A DNA stretch of 64,000 nt, taken from assembly GCA_973895155.1 (NCBI GenBank), contig OZ316891.1:22457168-22521167 (forward strand), read 5' to 3'. Positions 39,467-51,885 of the stretch are shown here, piece after piece. How positions within the stretch are numbered: position 1 is the stretch's first letter; each line of letters starts with the position of its first letter. The position numbers and the translations under genes are program-made. The notes under the pieces are model-generated. The model saw only the letters and a list, made by a program, of their open reading frames with translations, did not search any database and was not told the DNA's origin. Source of the stretch: Marsupella aquatica. Lineage: Eukaryota; Plantae; Marchantiophyta.

Positions 39467-41399
39467 GTAGGGTTAGGTTACCTGTAATAGGGCAGGAGAT
39501 GGTTCACAATTGTTAAATGAGATGAGCCAGTCACCAAGTTACAAGCATGGCAGACGGGGGCGGTTTTCTTGTCCTTGTTATGTACTATATTAGGTTTCCA
39601 TCTTTTGCGTTTTGGTATCGGCTTTCATGAAGTTGCCTGTATAATGTAACTTTGATATCTGGGGCTGTATACTACTTCACGAAAATTCCAGTGGTAGCTT
39701 TGTCCACCCCTCGTTCAGGACAGTTAGTCTTCACCTTCGTTGCATTGGATCTTGCAACCCATGCGCAGAGGTGGTGCAAACTTGTTTTGCACGACCTTGA
39801 GCACTCGGTTACTACAGTTTCTTGGTGGATAGTCACCCGACGCCCCATATTCATAAATTTCCACGGCATAGGCTTTAACTTGGAATCAGGTATCTCTGTA
39901 GCTATAGTCACCTCAGTAAGCTGTTCACATTGAATTAGTCTTGTCGAGAGTTGTGTGGATGGCAACATCTTCAACTCCCAAAGATAAGGTGTAGACCTGA
40001 TAACCCTTCTCTTGGGTTCGAGACCAGCATTTAAACTGTGAATGCGCGTTGAATCGTCTTTACCCCTCTTCACGATCCTGCTGTTGATTAATACTGTCCA
40101 GTTGTTTGATTCTGGCAACACTAATCCGATGCAGTGTAAACACCGACTATGAATGGTCCCACCCATAATCCAAACTGGAAGCGAGGATGAGGCCAGAGTC
40201 TAGGATTGTAATTGAAAGAAAATAAAATGTAACAGGTTGTCCGGCATTTAATGGTGTATGAGATGTTTCCTTCAGGGCACCAGCACCGTTGTAATTCGTA
40301 AGGTTTACTATAGAGGTAGATGATCTTGTGAATAAGGTGAAGTGGAACACTTGGATTTCCCTTAGTGCCAAAAAGTTCCTCGACAGCCAGGTCTTTGGTT
40401 CATGATGACCAGAACTTCACTGGCGGAAGAAATTGTCTTTTTGGAAGCTTTTCTTTGTCTTGGACCTCTCATTGGATCATTGCATGTGACTACGAAGTCC
40501 CGTCTTGTGAAAGCTGGATGGTGTTGACTAAGGCTTTCTTTCTTACTTGTGGCATTAGCCGATCTGTCTACTGTAGTGGGTTAAGTGATGTGCGGCTGAG
40601 AAGAAGGGACTTGGTGATGGTCCACTTATTGATGACAATTGACATGTCAAACCATGAGCACTCTAGAGGCATAATCTTACAACGGGTACGATCAACATTA
40701 GTGTAGTGAAACCTAACCTTGCCCATAGGAGTGTGCTAACTTGCCCAATAAGACAAAAGTAAAACAGTTTCTGTAAGTTTGCTTAATTGAGACTAATTCT
40801 GTAAGCAATTTAAGCTTTCTTGTAAGCATGGTGAGAAAAATTCACTAATGCTGAACTGGAGGAAGGTGAAACATCCCATGGACAGCATATTTAGTTTACA
40901 CCGAGAGATTACCCGGAGATGAAAATAGAATGGATGGCCCGGAGATGAGGAATGTCTGTTTTGAGGAATGAATTGCGGTTCTATGCAGTGTTGGGCACCA
41001 CTCTTGACAATTCTCTGGTCATGTGTGGGAGGATACAGCAATGCTTGGATTAACATTGGAAAGAACTCGAACGTTCACACAACATCATGAAATGGCACAC
41101 AGTTCCTTTAGAGTCCTGTAGGACGCCAGGGTCATCTATATCATTCACTGAAGACAATCGTAGACAGATGATGAATCTTAGTCAGGAAGATGAATTCTGT
41201 CATGAGTATCTTGGCACAAGGCAGAGCTAATTATATGGATTCCTTAGGAAATTGCTTGATTCTTGTGGTGGCAGATTTGTGTTGCATCGCTCTAATGTAC
41301 CCAACTTTGGTATTTCTACAATAGATGCATGTGAAAGTCAAGGCCCACCAAAAGGTCAGCTCCAAACAAGCAAATAATGACGATTAGAATTCAGATGAA

Positions 41400-41885
41400 C
41401 CACTGAGATAGCATTGACTACTAATCTTTGGATCAATTGAATGAACTTGGTGGCAAGCCTTCCTTAGCGGCCCAAAGAAACGAACTGATGGTCAACTTTG
41501 TTGTAAGCCTTTGCAAAATCAAGTTTCATGGTGGGTTGCTTAGAGGACTTGGCAAATTCATGTCCAACTTTGAAAGCCAGCATGTTGTCAATGATGCTTC
41601 TGCCCCTGATCTCACCCAACAAGGTACCAGAATTTCGCCCTGTTAGTATACAGGAGCTTCGTAGCTAGCTTATGTGTAATAGAAAACATCAGAAGAGGAT
41701 GCAAGTTTGTCAGAATTTGCTTTTTATCATTCTTAGGGATTACCTTGAAAACACCAGTCATTGCTTTAGATGTCAACTGCCCATCATCCCATAGTGCTTG
41801 CATCATTGCCATGCCTATCATCTTTCATCCAACTCCAGCAATATTGGAGAACCTCAGTCATAACCACCAAGATCATCATGAGATT
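41400..41885 (-). mobile_element. Degenerate LINE reverse transcriptase fragment
   Basis: GVFKVIPKNDKKQILTNLHPLLMFSITHKLATKLL and MKLDFAKAYNKVDHQFLW correspond to the non-LTR RT IPK...RP and KLDF.KAYD motifs. Frameshifted. Confidence 0.8.
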
Positions 41886-41904
41886 TCTCCTTAGGGTAGT
41901 TCAT

Positions 41905-43290
41905 AACGATAATCTTGTCTTCAGTTGGGTCTGCCCAGTTCCGCTCGGCGCAGTACTTCCAGGGGTGGGGGTGGCGTCGGTTGGGGCCGAGGTGGCCATA
42001 TTCTTCCCTTTGGTCTCACGCCGCTGTTTGTACCAGCCTAGGATGGTCACGATGTGACTCCCCAGGTAAGTCTTCCCTCCGATAGGCATGCCTGTCTGAG
42101 CTCGCTTGAGCTCTCCCAAAAACCAACGGCTAAAGAATTGGGCCCAGTTCTGCCGCTTGTACTGCTCCACCTACACAATCGTGCAAAGGCAAATCTCGGA
42201 TTGAGGTTCCATCATGTGCAGAGTAGTCCGTATGAAGTTTAGTCGCTCCATACAGACTAAGTTGGTACATGACCCATGCTTGTACCCGTTGTCCGTTTTG
42301 CCCTCTAGTTTGAAGTGCTTGGGCGTGTACTCCTTATCCCTAATCCGGAGTTCAACTGACACTTGGTCCGGTTGGCAGACAAAAGATCTGGGCTGCCTAA
42401 CGGGTCTCCGTGAGGGACAGAGTTTGCCCCCATACCTTGGTGGCAGGCGTGTCAATATCAAAATTGGAGATGAACTCGTACACCTCCCTCGCCTCTGAGG
42501 TGGTAGGCCTCCAGTTTAAATGACCAAATTGCTCCAACTGATGCTCCTTAAGATAGTCTGCGTGTGTTGGGTTCTTGATCGCGGTCCAAACCACCTCAGG
42601 GACGCGGATTACTTGCAGCATGTTTGGCTGTTGGGTGGTAGGCCCGGTGATAGGGCCCCTTCGGGACTGGGTATTGGCGGACGGGTTTCTCGGGGTTGGA
42701 GTTGGTATAGGAGCGGGAGTAGTCCGCATAGTCGGTTTCGGGCCGGCCGTCCTAGTGCGCTTCCTGGAGCGTTGCTCCAGTCTCGGACTAACAATTCCAC
42801 CTGAGTCCGACAAACACTCGGTGTTGTTAACCGGATGTACCTAGGTCTGACTTGGTGATATGTGCTTGGCCGAGACGATAGGTCGAGTGGCGGTGGGTGC
42901 GGGCGGAGTAGCCATATCCTAGTTAAAGACGTTGGAGCTTTCTCCGAGAAATGTTAGATTGTGTGCTGCCTCTTGCTGACTGTTGATGTCCTCCTCTCGC
43001 TTCTCGGCCGCGATCTGCTGGTCGATATAACTCGGTATCTTATCAAACTCCGCTTGAGTCAGCCTCTGGCAACCCTTCAATCTAAAGTACTTCGTTGGGA
43101 CTTTGAGAATCACCTCAGCTACCGATCTCAATCCTTCTTCGTTGATGTACAGCTCGGTAATGTAGTCCCACAATTTGTTGCATTTTGAGTCCTTGGTGAG
43201 CGCTGCCTTCTCGCAGTTAATCTGTGCTACCTTGATCACCAATTTCGCATACCTTTGTTCGTAGGAGGCCTTCTCAGGGAAGAGTACTAG
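41905..43290 (-). pseudogene. Decayed ~460-codon ORF, probably a retrotransposon accessory ORF
   Basis: ORFs 43242-42919 and 42813-42397 are co-frame across TAG stops. After one frameshift, 42461-42171 and 42170-41901 continue. Contains EVYEFISNF...V.GQTLSLT...IFCLP and NWAQFF...YLGSHIVTIL. Confidence 0.55.
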
Positions 43291-44499
43291 TATGTTTTAG
43301 AGAGCTTAGCGCTACCTCCCCAAACAGGGTCCAAAATCCAAGGGCGATAAGGGTCATACTAACCTTCGCCGTCCTCTTGGTCGAGTCCGCCCCCCTTACT
43401 CCCTAATTATCGTAGCACCGCAGGTCCGCAATCCCTCATGAATACTTCTCCTGCCCCGAGAGCTACCCCGACTAAATCTCACCACAATGCGCATTCAATC
43501 TTCGATTTCCTTTGATAAAAACGAGCTCGATCCAATGTGGCTAATGTGTGAGAGCAAACCAATGACGTTCCAGTAATCGGAGAGGCGTAAAGCGGCAAAT
43601 GGGCTGTCACGCCACCGACTGGGCTCTTATAGGGGCTCTTGGGCGAGCTCGGGCGTGAGGGCAACGAAGGCCGTTATCCGCCACCACTTAATTTGAGTTG
43701 ATAGTCTCAGTCCAAGCGTGATCCGCCATATCAAGCTTTTACTCCGTCGCCGCCACAGTACCGCGGACGATCAAAATAGTGCGCATCGTAATCAGTACTC
43801 ATAAGTTGACTAACCTATTCCTAGTCTAATCATAATTGCAAAAACTGCTACTCGTACCATCCTATCTGTACAGATACGGTCCTAATGACTGTATACGTCC
43901 TAATCTGATACTTGTGCCATGTTAAGTGACACACTGCCCGTGTCACAAGGGCAAACACGACAGTCATAGCTGGGAGGCGAATTGGGAGTCTTGTTGTCCA
44001 AACACCTGCCCGAAAGTTGGCAAATTGATTTCACACTCAGGTCAAACGTAACACTTGCTCACAATCCAAACTCTTGATTGAAATGAAGGTAACTGTGCTC
44101 TACATAGCTATGGTTGCAGGGACTCAATTAGGGCGGCCAGCACTAGATCAACGGAAGCCCTACGCGGCGCTGTAGGAACCTTTGTCAAAGCGCACGAAGG
44201 TTTGTAATCTGAAAATACGAGGGCAAAAATGCAAAACCAGGGCCAAAAAAAGCAGCAAAAACAAGGGCAAAAGAACACAGACTTTGATGCGTTGTTGTGC
44301 GTAAACTTGAGTTTTGCCTACAGTAAATTGTGGAAGGTTGAAGCGCCGCATAGTTGAAAGCCAAGCTCACCTAAAAACCCAAGCACACGAGAACTTCAAA
44401 TGCGAATGTGTAACCATTCGTGACCTTTTTTTGTGTGCAAAAACGAGGTGTCTTTATGTGCACACTTCCCTACGTTTTCTTGAGTACAACGCAGGTCAA

Positions 44500-44880
44500 A
44501 AAATGTCAGGGCTTGGTGAAGGGAAAGTCAAGCGTGTTAGGTATTGCCTCTACCTTGTACTTGGCTAACTGCGGTTAGAATTAGCTCTAGTTAGACACTA
44601 GCACAGTTTGTGGAGTGACTCACTCGAGTAGGCAATTAACCTTAGAGAGTTCCAGTGTGGAACTCATTCTACATGGTGAGGTCTTTGGTGAAAGACCTAG
44701 AGAGGAGATACTCCTTAGAGCTCCGCAGAGGAGGCTATGGTGGACCATATATGATTTGATCATTAGTGATTTCCTCAACGACAGTGGACGTAGCCCATCC
44801 GGGTGAACCACTTAATTATATGCTGTGTAGTCTCATGGCGAATGTGCATGAGTTGTTGGCGTGCGCATCATTGATGTGAC
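44500..44880 (+). mobile_element. Possible LTR remnant (copia-like U5 motif)
   Basis: GTGGACGTAGCCC..CCGGGTGAACCACTTAAT at about 44784 resembles the GTGGA.GTAG...GAACCAC.TAAAT motif of many plant LTRs. No paired LTR or boundaries found. Confidence 0.3.
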
Positions 44881-45142
44881 TCTTGTGCCGATCCTGGACA
44901 AGGGTCTTTCCCAACAAAGCGTAGGGTGGCTCGACTTTGGTGTTTCCGGGTCTGCTGGATGGCCTATGATGGGGCAAAGGAGGCGGGGAAGGGCGGTCCA
45001 GCTGGGGTTCCCGGGTTTGCTGGAAAGCCTGGGCTGGTTAGCAACTTCCAATTGTGACAGCAGGAACCCAATGGTGGGTTAAATCTAGTCCATGTACCAA
45101 AAGGAGGGCAGGTTGACAAATAAAATTGTTTAGGGCCCGATA

Positions 45143-45236
45143 GGAAAACGGATAATGCTAGTCCGTCTTATTAGCAACGTGGAAAACGGATAATGCTAAT
45201 CGGCATTATTAGCATCGAGAATCCGCATTATTAGCG
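45143..45236 (+). promoter_or_regulatory. Repeated AACGG-containing elements (candidate MSA/MYB3R sites) upstream of CAP-G
   Basis: GGAAAACGGATAATGCTA at 45143 and 45181, plus three TTATTAGC motifs. Confidence 0.4.
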
Positions 45237-45497
45237 TCAAGACATCCGATGCCTTGTTCTCCAGAGAAACGGGCGAAGTTCTTGTATGTGAAGGAACTTG
45301 CACCGGAGGAACGGGTCCAGTTCTCCCGCGCTTGTGCGTTTGAACCTGTGTGGAGAGAGAGAACACGCTCGACATGCAGCACTAGGGCCTCGAGCTCGAT
45401 GAGGCGTCGGATGCCTGAATAGAACGCACTGTGTGCTCGATTTCGGATGTACACTGGTGAGACGGAAGGCTGGATGCAGAAGCTGTGGGCTTGGATT

Positions 45498-46268
45498 GAG
45501 CGGAAATCGATGCCCAATTGGTAATCTTCAAACCGATTCCTGTGCGCGTTGGGTCTCTCTTTGCTTTTGTGCTGTGCTGTTGTTTGTGATGTGAGAATCG
45601 GGCGGAGGACCACGGAATTTTGGTCGACGGAAGCCATTTGCGTTTCGGAGTTGGATGTCTGGCTTCTTACGTCCTTGTCGTAGGCGGATTCTTGCCCTCG
45701 TGTGGACGAAGGTGGCGTTGGGTGGAATTTTTATGTCCCCTCAGTTTGTTTGTTGCAGGGTGAAGCGCAGAGAAGACCTTGCATTTGGTGGTCAGCTAAT
45801 AGCAGGCAAATTACATATTCTCAAGTAGATGGCGGAGCAGTTTCTTCATCTTCGACAGTGCACCAGGGAGAAGATGAGGATGACGGTGGTACCCGGCAAC
45901 CTATCTGAACCCCCCGCTAGCAAAGCAAATTTACTCGTTCGACTTGGATAGTTTCGGGACCATTAGGTGAAGTCAGCTGGGTGCAACCCCTCGTAGAAGG
46001 GAGAGAACACGATGACAAGGAATGCCTTGCAAAGGTCGGTTGGTTGCTGGATGTTTCTCTAGTAGCAAAAGTACTAAACCGTGCTCAAAGAAAGCGGAAG
46101 CTAAGTCCAACCCAACTATAGGAAAGGCAAATTCTCGTAAAGGAGAGAAGCATCAGGGCGAATCATGCCGATAGCTTCACACCACTGCAGACAGGGATTT
46201 GGACCTGTATGATGCAGCAGGGGAATGCCTGGGCCCTTTGAAGGAGGGCGATAGGGCAGTGGAAAGAT
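45498..46268 (+). repeat. Duplicated 5' leader, copy 1 (upstream of CAP-G)
   Basis: Collinear similarity to 54845-55813 in many blocks. Confidence 0.9.
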
Positions 46269-46278
46269 AGTAGGGAGG

Positions 46279-49200
46279 ATGGGGAGGGTGAGGAAGGAGA
46301 CGCGACCCCCGGCGGCTGCAGCGATCCTAATTCCGAGTTTACTTGTCGAGTGTGAGAAATCACAAGCCTGTCATCCGAGAGCGATCAAGCAGCTAGCGGA
46401 GTGTCGTAAGAACGATATTGTTGATTTTCTGGAGGTTTGGATACGCACTCTCCAGCCTTTGTTCGTGGTCTCGAAAAGGGAGCCGGCTGTCGAGCGCCTT
46501 GTGAGCTTCGCTTCTTCTTTCACGGCATTCTGGGATGAAGAGTTTTCCAAAGACTGCGAGACGTTCTTCGAATTGTTTCTGTCGACTCTACTTGATTGGG
46601 CTGAGGCGGCTCACAAGAGCGTTCGCTTTCGTGCCTGTCAAATGATATCAGAAGTACGTTTCTCCGAGGCTTTTGATTTGCTCATTTCCGTATCTAGGTT
46701 TTGTTGAAGCTGCCCTCACCGCTGACTGTTTGGGACGCTTGGGCAGGTGTTCTTGAAACTGGATGTCCAAATCTCGGTAAACCCGCAATTGTGGGATAGA
46801 ACTACTGAAACAATGCGGACGCGTATACAAGACAAGCACGCAAACGTGCGAGCGTTCGCCGCAAGTGCTCTCTCGAGGCTTTTCAACTCGGACGACATCG
46901 AGAATGATCTCACTGTGCAGGCTTATCGAAACGCACTGGCATCTGATCCGAGTGCCGTAAGTTTCTCCTTGAATTCTCGAATCTGCATTGCCAATGTCTT
47001 TATGAGGCACGGAGCTTGATCTCATTCGGCCAATTGCACCCAATTTCCTGAAAGCTGCACAACATATTTTCGTGAGAATGGACTTTTCTGATCGCCCCTG
47101 ATTTATATTTGCGAAGTGGAATCTCCGTAGTTCATTAGACTAAACCTGGAAACAAATGTTTTAGAAGTTCGCAGAGGCGTATGCCTTGAACACCCAAGGA
47201 ACCACAGCTGCGGCGGCCTGACTAGATTTTCCTAACGAATAATGGTGCATGGTCCAGGAAGTCAGAAAGGTGGTGGTTAAATCCATGCCTGCCGCGACTG
47301 CCACAGTTTCCGATATCGTCCAACGAATTGCGGACGTCACTGCCTCAGTCCGAAAAGCTTCCTATCAGAACATTGGCGAAAGACTACGACCTGCCAGTTG
47401 CTTGAGGTAAGCTCTTCTGAAAACAAAATCATGTCCTGGGAAATTGGTAACCCCTTCTCCAGTGTCTTTTAAAACGACAGACTATACCGGAGATATGCTC
47501 TGGTTTAGGCACATCCATTGTTAACTATTGAAAGATGTTCCGGTGTAATGTGCATCTAGCATCACTCAGCGGGCCATGACAATTGAAAGAGGACTAGCCG
47601 AGAGAGATCCTGCGGTGCGGGAGGAATGTGAAAAGCTACTGGAACTGTGGTTGCGTGAAGATTGTGACAATGATCCTCTAATGCTGTTGAGATATTTGGA
47701 CGTGGAGACACACGAGAAAGTGGGTGAGACAGCCATGTTGGAGTTGCTGAGTAAAAATCTCATCAAGTTCAGTGACACTGGTCTCCGAAAATTTCTAGAC
47801 AGTTCAGGTAACCCGACTATTCGATCCCTCTTTTGGCTTGAACCTTTATCTCAAAACATCTTGACAAATTCAAGCCTTCTTCTAGAATGGGTTTTTTCAG
47901 ACTGGATTGGAAACTTTAAAATACTTTTGATCCAACATTCACTGCTTCAACGTGTCTTGGCAGGGAACGAACAATTCCTGATGAGCCCAGAAGAAGCATT
48001 GTTCTGGCGCGTAGTTTGTACTCATATTCATTCGGAGGCAAAGGTAAGAGGTCACGACGAGTTACCTCGAGGTCTTCACGACACGATAATGAGCTTAATC
48101 TACAAATGTGGAGTCTAGAGATGCAACATTTTATGGTGAGGCTGTAAATAGATTTCAGTAGACCGATACAAGTTTTCCGCAGAAGCTTCATAGCATATCG
48201 TAGCCTCTAAGTATAGCTGTTGTCCTGTTGTGTTCCTGTACACAGGCAAAAGCCTCTGAAGCTGCTAATACCGGTGGTGCGGAGGCAGCTGTCAATGCGG
48301 CTGTGGCTGTCGAACAGAATGAGTATCTCGAGAGCATCCTGCCGCTTACTGTCGCTGATTTTGTGCGACTTGTTGAAATTCACCTGCACAAAGGTACTAG
48401 CTCCACATTCTTTGCCTTGTGCCATATATCCCACCTTCGCTAACAATACTATTCCAGTTAATCACTCCGTTGTGATGCATCTCCTATGAAGTACAGCCAG
48501 ATATGCGAGGGTTCTCCATTGTGTTCTTCCTTCAAATCACGCTCCTGCTAACAGGAATGTCTTGATCATTCAACATTTTGTACACATGGAGCTGCTTCGT
48601 GACTCCTGAATCTCCTCTTGCGACCCTCGTGTGATGTAATAGTATAATGTGTGTTCAGGGTCAGTTGCTTGGTTCGCAGCACGACAGCTACTTTTGATAG
48701 CCAAATTGATGGATTTCACTGATTCAACAAGTCGCAAACATGCCGGGCTCCTTCTGCAAAGACTATTGAGAGAGACAGCACCGTTAGAAGAAGAAAGTGA
48801 GTCTGATGACCTTACCTCTCACGGATGGGTGGGAGATGGCGTTAGTCTTGGTGGAGAAGAAAGTTGGGCAAATGCTGTTGCAGAGTTTGCCCGTCATGTA
48901 CATGCTTCAGCTGGCGAGTTTGAAGAAGTTTTAGCAGCTGCTGTTGCTGAAGTTGGTAGACCTTGTAGAGAAGGGGGAGCCGATGAAAGACAGTGGCTGC
49001 AGGGCCTCGCCGTCGCCGGACTTCTTCTTGAGAATATCACATCTCTAGATGTTCTTGCTGGACGAGCTATAGAACCTGAAGAAATAATTCATTCGCTGCT
49101 TCTACCTGCAGTAAGCTCTCTTCCGTAGTTCTTCAATTCATACGGTGACTTAGAGGGGGATGCCAGTCATTGCCTGTCTGATCAATCAATTTATTTGAAT

Positions 49201-51885
49201 AGAAAGTTATAAGATATGAAGTGGGAAGGATCTCGATGTTGATCCCCCTTGACGAGCCCAAAACCCGCTGTCCTAAATTTGACTGCACTTTGGAATCTAC
49301 TCTGTATATGGTTGTCATCTCCATTTTTGGGGTTTGTATCAATTCGCAAAGGTCCTTTACAGGTCTAAGACTGTCGTGTATTAAGATCCTCTCGTTGACA
49401 CTCACGTGAGCATGGCTGTTGCCGTTATAGGTGAAACATCTCCATCCCGAAATACAAAGAGCCGGAGTCAGGTGCTTGGGCATGTTTTGTGGGTTAGAAC
49501 GAAGTCCGAGCCCACGAGCACTGGAGCAGCTGCGAGTTTGCGTCCACAGGGGTCGTCCCCAAGTGCAAAAGATGGCTTTGAAGGCGATGTTTGATTTGAT
49601 TCTTTGCCACGGAGCTGCTCTGATAGATAAAGTCTCCATTGCGGAACTTGATCTCGGACTACCAACTCCACGTCCTCGTCCTCCGGGAGTTCACATTCCT
49701 GATTTTACTGGCACAGCAGCTCAGCAGATGGAACATAGCGTTGAGAGGGGATCGCGTTTGCCAATACTAGAGATCTTAGAAGAGTGTCTCCATGGGGAGT
49801 TTTTGGTGGAAGATGGTCAGGATCAAACGGAGTACATCAATTCCATAATTGGCGTCGCTGCTGAGGGATTCGCAAAAGTTCTCTTACAGAATAAGCGTTT
49901 CCCAGACGTTAGGCAGATTCAGGAGAGGATCGTTGAAGAGCTACTCATGTTGTACTTCAGTGATAGCACCTTGCACTCCCCCAGGTTCGTAAGTCATCAC
50001 TAGGCCACTCCCAGCTTCTTTCCCTCTCAAGTGTATTTTCGTGCTACGCTGCTTTCTTGCTAAAGTGTCATGAATGCTGATTGCAGGTTGAAACAATGTT
50101 TAGCGGTGTTCTTCCGCATCTGGTGTTCTCTCTCTGCTTCCAATAAGGTACATCAGCACTCGACTTTATATTTTCTTACTTGTGTTGGGTCGAGCATGAA
50201 CGAGCACTGGTCTCAAGCCATTTATATAATCCCCAATTAACAAAGATGATCATTGGATAATTTGTGGACGCTATGTTGGGAGATAAAAGTCTATCTGATA
50301 TCCGAATTTTCCCGCAGAGATGCATTTCAGCTGTATTCATACCGGTTTTGCGCAAAAAGTGGCCCGGCATCGATGAGAAACGAGAAAAGCCAGGCACAGT
50401 CTTGGTCGCCCGAAAACATGCAACGCAAGTTGCCCATTTCATGCTGCACTTACTTCACTTGCCATTAGTTTCGATGGCAAATCGGGGAACAAATCAGAAA
50501 ACACCTGACCGCGGCGATGCTGGTGCCGCATGTCATGAAGATGCTTTCGATGAAGGGCTGGAGACGCTGGGTATCCGAATTTGTGTAGAGGTTAGATATC
50601 ACTTGTTCCATATGTATTCGTTCTCGCAATTAGTTGAAAAGTTCCTGGTGAGGACTAGACTTTGATATCGAAGAATTCATTGCGCTGATGCTGCCGCTGG
50701 TTGTCTGCAGGTCAAGGGAGATGCCAGAAAATTTACGTCTTTTTCTATGGCAAAAAAGACATACGCAGCGATGCTCTGCCGAGTGGTAACTTTACTGCGA
50801 TTCAGCCCAGTTCCGCAGGAGAAGATCAAGGCCCTATTGTGGTGGATTCCAAGGTATCTTTAGGTTGCAGTAAAGATAGGATGGGTACTCTTTCCCAGTG
50901 ATGATGTTTTCGTCGGAAGGTGACAGTCCCAAGTTTGCCTGGTGATTATTATTTTTGCCTTACAGCACTGTATGTATTCCGTAAATAAACGCAGCATAAA
51001 CACTGGTGACTTTTCTTTGACTAAGTTCATGACAATTGTGCGTTACTTGCAGGGTGATTGAGTGGCTGCCGACCAGCGAGAAGGCGTCGTTAAGGGCCCT
51101 TGAGGAGGCTTCGGCACGTTTGAAGGAAATGGACGAGTCCCCTGACAATGGCCTCACAGACGAAGAGTTGGAACTCTTCATGGGTAAGAACCAAACTGCG
51201 CATGGGATAGTTGGTCCTTGATCATATTGGGTCCTTGACTATCGGGTCCTTGACTAGGTAACTGGTTCAGAACTAGCTGCGAATTTGTTCTATAACTTCC
51301 ACTTCAATTTTGCCCTCTTGATACTTCTGTAAGGTTGTGGTTTGTTCTTATGAACCAGTGCGGATGGGTTTCCACGAGTACTTCAAGGAGTCTACCCCCA
51401 ACCCAATTACTCCTGAGCCTCAAAGCGTATCCAGGACTGGAGGTATGGCTTAATTTTGCTCATTCCCTTGCATAACGGAGTCCATCTCGTGTAATCGTCT
51501 ATGTCCTGCATTGAGCAGGGAAGGCAGTGGAGACCAATTCATCTAGAAAATCCGACTGCGCAATTCCCATGCTTAATGCAGGCCTTGCATTTCCCTTACT
51601 CCACAATTCTAAGTGTGTCTCCGATTTTCTTCTTCAGGAAGAAGAAGAGCTTCAAGTGCGTCACGAACATCGGAAAATTCCGTCGCTTCTATTCCGGCCT
51701 CCACACGATCTCTACGGACCACAACGGTAGTGCAAAAAGTGCAGAGTCAAAGTAGATTGAAACCAGGTGTCACAAAGAACACCACGAGGAAAAATCTCAG
51801 TTCCGTTTACGAGAGCGCGAGCGACGAGTCAGACTATTCGACAATTTCCAGTGCTTCGGAGGATAGTGATAGAGAAGCAGAGTAA
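46279..51885 (+). CDS. CAP-G: Condensin I subunit CAP-G (HEAT repeat; NCAPG/Ycg1/Cnd3), multi-exon
   Basis: KREPAVERLV.F, KSVRFRACQMISE, RIQDKHANVRAFA..ALSRL, DPSAEVRK, RGLAERDPAVREEC.KL...WL, LLRYLDV, MSPEEALFWR, AAEGFAKVLL and RLKQCLAVFF. Acidic tail ends at TAA 51885. Confidence 0.92.

Noticed and set aside
39650-41200. Several 70-165 aa ORFs that could be a decayed gene
   Set aside because: No motif I can recognise and no consistent frame or splice pattern.
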